Origin: Guillardia theta CCMP2712 | Lineage: Eukaryota; Protista; Cryptophyta | NCBI RefSeq assembly: GCF_000315625.1 | Contig: NW_005434625.1 | Span: 203,726 to 267,725 of the forward strand | Length of the DNA stretch: 64,000 nucleotides | Reading direction: 5' to 3' | In this document: in pieces, positions 60,491 to 64,000 of the stretch | Position numbering within the stretch: the first letter of the stretch is position 1 | How the letters are laid out: the number at the start of each line of letters is the position of its first letter | Notes under the pieces: model-generated | Databases searched by the model: none | What the model was told of the DNA's origin: nothing | Seen by the model: the letters and a program-made list of their open reading frames with translations, nothing else | Program-made: the position numbers and the translations under genes

Positions 60491-60962
60491 TCATGGAGGT
60501 TGATCCGGACCGTCTGTCGCACACCCGCCATACGGCGCGAGAAGAGCAATGACAGTGAGGCTCCAACCGTTGCACCCTTCTAGTGTCCGGCCCACGCGGC
60601 TGCCCCCCCAACTTAGCTCGGCAGCGCCCCGCGATGATGCCGGGCAGCGAAGGACCGTCGCCTTAAGCGCTCAGTTGCCTCATCATGGCTGGCAGTCCTG
60701 CATTGAAGAGTGAGAGTCCATCATGCTTTGCTAGGCTGGTCTGCCTCGGGTCTCGGCGTGTTCTAGTTGACGGGGAAGGGCAGCAACGTCGCTGGTAGCG
60801 AACCTAAGGCCGCCAGTCTGTCTGTCTTTTTGCTGTGCTAGCCAGTGCTTTTACTTACTGGGGTACCCCCCACCCGTCTCTTCCCGGCCCAGGCATATAA
60901 TATAACAAGGGCGGTGGGTACTTTCCCGCCAATAGGGTCCACAAACTCTTGATTCTTACTTG

Positions 60963-61965
60963 ATGGCCGCGGAGAGAGGGGAGACCGTGGGAAGCATGAT
61001 GAGAGCCGGGAGGGGGGAGGAAGAGAGAGCAGAAGATCGTCCTCGCAGAAGCCATGAGTCGCTGATTGCCACCGCAATGCTATTGCTGGGTGAGCAGGCG
61101 AAGGCTGATAAGATAGCCCTCCTGGCCATGTTGCTCCAGGAGGAACACAAGGAGAAAGAGCTCGCTCTCAAAGATAATGAGCGAGAGCTCGCTCTCAAGG
61201 ACAAGGAGCTCGAGATACAACTAGTGATGAAGGAGAAAGAGATGGTTATCAACAACAAGGAGCTCGAGATGCAGCTCGCTATCAACAACGCTGTCAACAA
61301 CAAGGAGCTTGAGATGCAGCTCGCTATCAACAACGCTGTCAACAACAAGGAGCTTGAGATGCAGCTCGTTATCAGAGATAAGGACATGGCGCATGCCATT
61401 CAAATGAACAAGTTCAAACGTCAGTTGTCCTACGTGACTCGAAGGTGAGGTTCCTTGCTGCCGCACCTTGTGGTCTTAAGGCGGTGTGAGGGGATGACTG
61501 GAGTGGGAACACAGGTATCTCCTCGAGAAGCTTTTCTTCGAAGTATTTTCGCTGGTCGACTCACAGGATCTACTAGCACAGCAAGCCTTAGCTAAGCTGT
61601 CCACATCACAACGGAAGAGGTTCAAGCCGAAGAGCATGTCGATGACGGAGCTGAACAGGCTGCTGCTCGCCAATGATGACCTACGGATCGCAGCATGGAA
61701 GTACATGGGACTGCCTCAAGACCTCCGATTGCCTCACTTCGATGAGAGCCCGGAGCTCCTCTATGGCATCTTGTCCGAAGCGATGCACTCTTCCAACGGA
61801 GCTTACGTGTACATATCAGATCAGGCGCCTGCAGTGGAGGCAGAATTCTTCAAGAATCTCGCCAGGGTGTTTCGAAAGGAGTTAGAGATCTACAACCAGG
61901 ACTTGGCAGAGCATGCAATACAGGAGGAGGGAGTCCAGGCTCGCGTCGCCGATGCTTCAGCCTAG
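60963..61965 (+). CDS. Coiled-coil repeat protein with C-terminal globular domain (LYGILSEAMH)
   Basis: Two exons joined by intron 61445-61514; 45-nt internal repeat encoding NNKELEMQLAINNAV. Confidence 0.7.
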
Positions 61966-62399
61966 GAGGTTTGTTTGGCGGACCTGAAGGCTTCGATGGA
62001 GCTGAAAGGCTTCATTGCCTCGGAATCGTCTTGCCACAGTGTTGCTCTCTGAGTACGGGTTGTCTGCGGTCGACGCGAGCCAGCCGGTTGTAGACGATGC
62101 GGGGACATTTATCATTAAAGTGTTGTATACACAACCTTGCGTAAGACCTTGAGCTCAGATGATCTTAGGATCTCTGTCTATTAGCGCACACACTCATCAG
62201 ATCAGCAGCACCACTGCAGGAATCTGCATCGTCATCCATTATCCCAAGGCTACCGTCGCCAAGGCGCGTCCGGTATGAGTCCAGAATACAACATAAAGTA
62301 AGAACTGCCTCAAGCCCTCGATCAAGTAGGAAGCAAAGCCTCGGAGTCAGTGATGAAGATAGCGCGTCGAAGACAGCAGCACCAAGAGGTCACGTGGTA

Positions 62400-62990
62400 T
62401 GTCACGGTCGTGCACTCAGTCTAACAGCGGCGAACTCGAAAGCAAACTGGGCCCGTGAGTTTACTGCACCCCCTCGTCAGTGATCAGAACATCTTACAGC
62501 TTCAAGTTTTTAAGTTACTAGGCATACCAAGCGCGACCGGACACTGGCCCGACAAAGAGGCACTCGGAACTCGGAAAGGGTAGTGAGTCGCGGGCGTGTC
62601 AAGTTCAAGTGATTTTGACACCCGGTGACCTGGAAAGCCTTGGAGCCTCCTCGGAGTGACTCATGATACCTCCGAGTGCCGTGTTCGGCCGTAGCCCGGC
62701 CGCAGGCGTGAACGGCGTATTACGGGACTCGGGACGGCACCCGGCCCCGGCGGCCGGCGCCGAGTCGGGCCGGCGCCGAGTCGGGCCGGCGCCGAGCCTC
62801 GGAGTGACTCACCGTCTGTCATCCTGAGTGAGAAGGCTTCCCGGGCCGCCGGGGCGCCGCCGGGCCTCAGGCCCGATCGGGCCCGCCGTGACCCGGAGAT
62901 TCAGCCGGAGATTAATGAGCGCGCGGGAACCGCTAGGGCCCCTCTCGCGTTTACTCAAAGTTAAGTTAAAAATCAGTACGAGGACAATCA
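62400..62990. other. GC-rich palindrome-word intergenic island
   Basis: Same vocabulary; short tandem ggccggcgccgagtcg repeats; conserved AT motif at the right edge. Confidence 0.7.
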
Positions 62991-63102
62991 GGCCGTCATG
63001 CTATAGGCGAGCAGACAAGAGCGCTGAGGTGGTAGGATGTCATGTATGCATGCATGAAAACTTGATGGAAGATATTTCTCTGTGAGGGACAGGCGCGCAA
63101 TC

Positions 63103-64000
63103 ATGTCCAAGCTGACCCGCGACTCCGCATTGGACAGAGGTACATCTCGATGATTCTGTTGTGTTGGAGACCAACTGAGTCTTGTCACCTCGCAGTGCTT
63201 TCCAGGTATTGCTCCAGTGGAGAAGGGGAGCATGACGATGATTTGAATGTTGTCAACTCTGCACTTGAAGTTAGATCTGTCATCGAGAACGCAGACAAGG
63301 CCCGCAGGGCAGCACATCGACTTCTCCGAAGTTCCGAATCGCATGCTTTCCCCGCAATGGCAGATCGTGACAATGCTGGATCTATACAGATGATAGCACT
63401 ACGTCAAAGAGATTGGATGGATGAGACAGTTTTGGACAGTCACGTCACCCTTCCCTTGCACTCGCCGAGTCCTATCTCAAAGTTTGCAAGGAGTTCAGTT
63501 TATCGAGAGCCTGATCCGAGCCTTCATCTCTCCTCAGAAACAAGGCCCACTCCGAAGCGTTGGGAGAGAGATCTCTCGAGCTCATTTCACCCGTGGGGAG
63601 CCAACACCCTAACCGATGAAGAAAGACCCAGCACATTGAAAACTGATTTGTCCCAACCTCAAAAGCTTCCTTGGAGGTCCAGTGACCAACAAACAACAGC
63701 CTCCCATGCCAGCTTGCAGGAAAAAGCCGCTATTTCCATAAACAATGATCTAAAGACTTCAAGCATCATAGCCAATGATCTAAAGACTTCAAGCGTCATC
63801 GGTTATTCAACTACAGTACAACATAGAAACACAGATGGCCAGGAAGTGGAAAGCGATCTCAGTTGCGATACCCACCAATTGAATGATGTTCGATCTTGCA
63901 TCTCTCGTCTCCAAAAGCGCATAGCTTCATTGGATGCAAAGAATTGCTCTCTTCAGTATGAGAACCTGTTGCTCAAAGCCGCCATCGATACAGCGCACGC
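63103..64000 (+). CDS. Hypothetical protein, 3'-partial (absent from the ORF track because no stop falls in the window)
   Basis: Exon MSKLTRDSALDR|V, then an uninterrupted frame from 63196 to the window end, ending in coiled-coil-like RLQKRIASLDAKNCSLQYENLLLK. Confidence 0.6.

Noticed and set aside
1-64000. rRNA, tRNA, intact transposase or viral hallmark genes; a functional gene cluster
   Set aside because: None recognised by eye (tRNAscan-SE and Rfam were not run), and neighbouring genes have unrelated functions.

Overview
Eukaryotic nuclear DNA, gene-dense, with many ~45-50 nt GT-AG introns, so the ORF track fragments most genes. It is almost certainly a cryptophyte alga, probably Guillardia theta (inference), because it encodes a lumen-targeted cryptophyte phycobiliprotein alpha subunit. 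Recognisable genes: two SHAQKYF-type MYB copies in a ~2.79 kb tandem duplication, selenoprotein O, cpeA, a SNF2 ATPase with Cys/His fingers, mitoferrin, UBA3, a convergent pair of PAS-like paralogues, an EF-hand + R-S-E ADP-ribosyltransferase + ankyrin protein, a C5orf34-like protein, an ankyrin protein, a bestrophin-like channel, an EF-hand protein, a double Zn2Cys6 factor and histone H2B. Top observation: the SelO selenocysteine codon exists only after splicing (T|45-nt intron|GA, giving ...SMT-U-SS*). Retaining the intron gives an in-frame Cys isoform (...SMTCKIC...GSS*). A well-formed type II SECIS is visible only in the two duplicated SelO 3' ends; its position in the intact gene falls in an N gap. 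Intergenic DNA contains recurring GC-rich palindrome-word islands, some edged by a shared ~30 bp AT-rich motif, plus GGGTA/TACCC-rich islands. Exon structures were read by eye and family assignments come from motif recall, not database searches.
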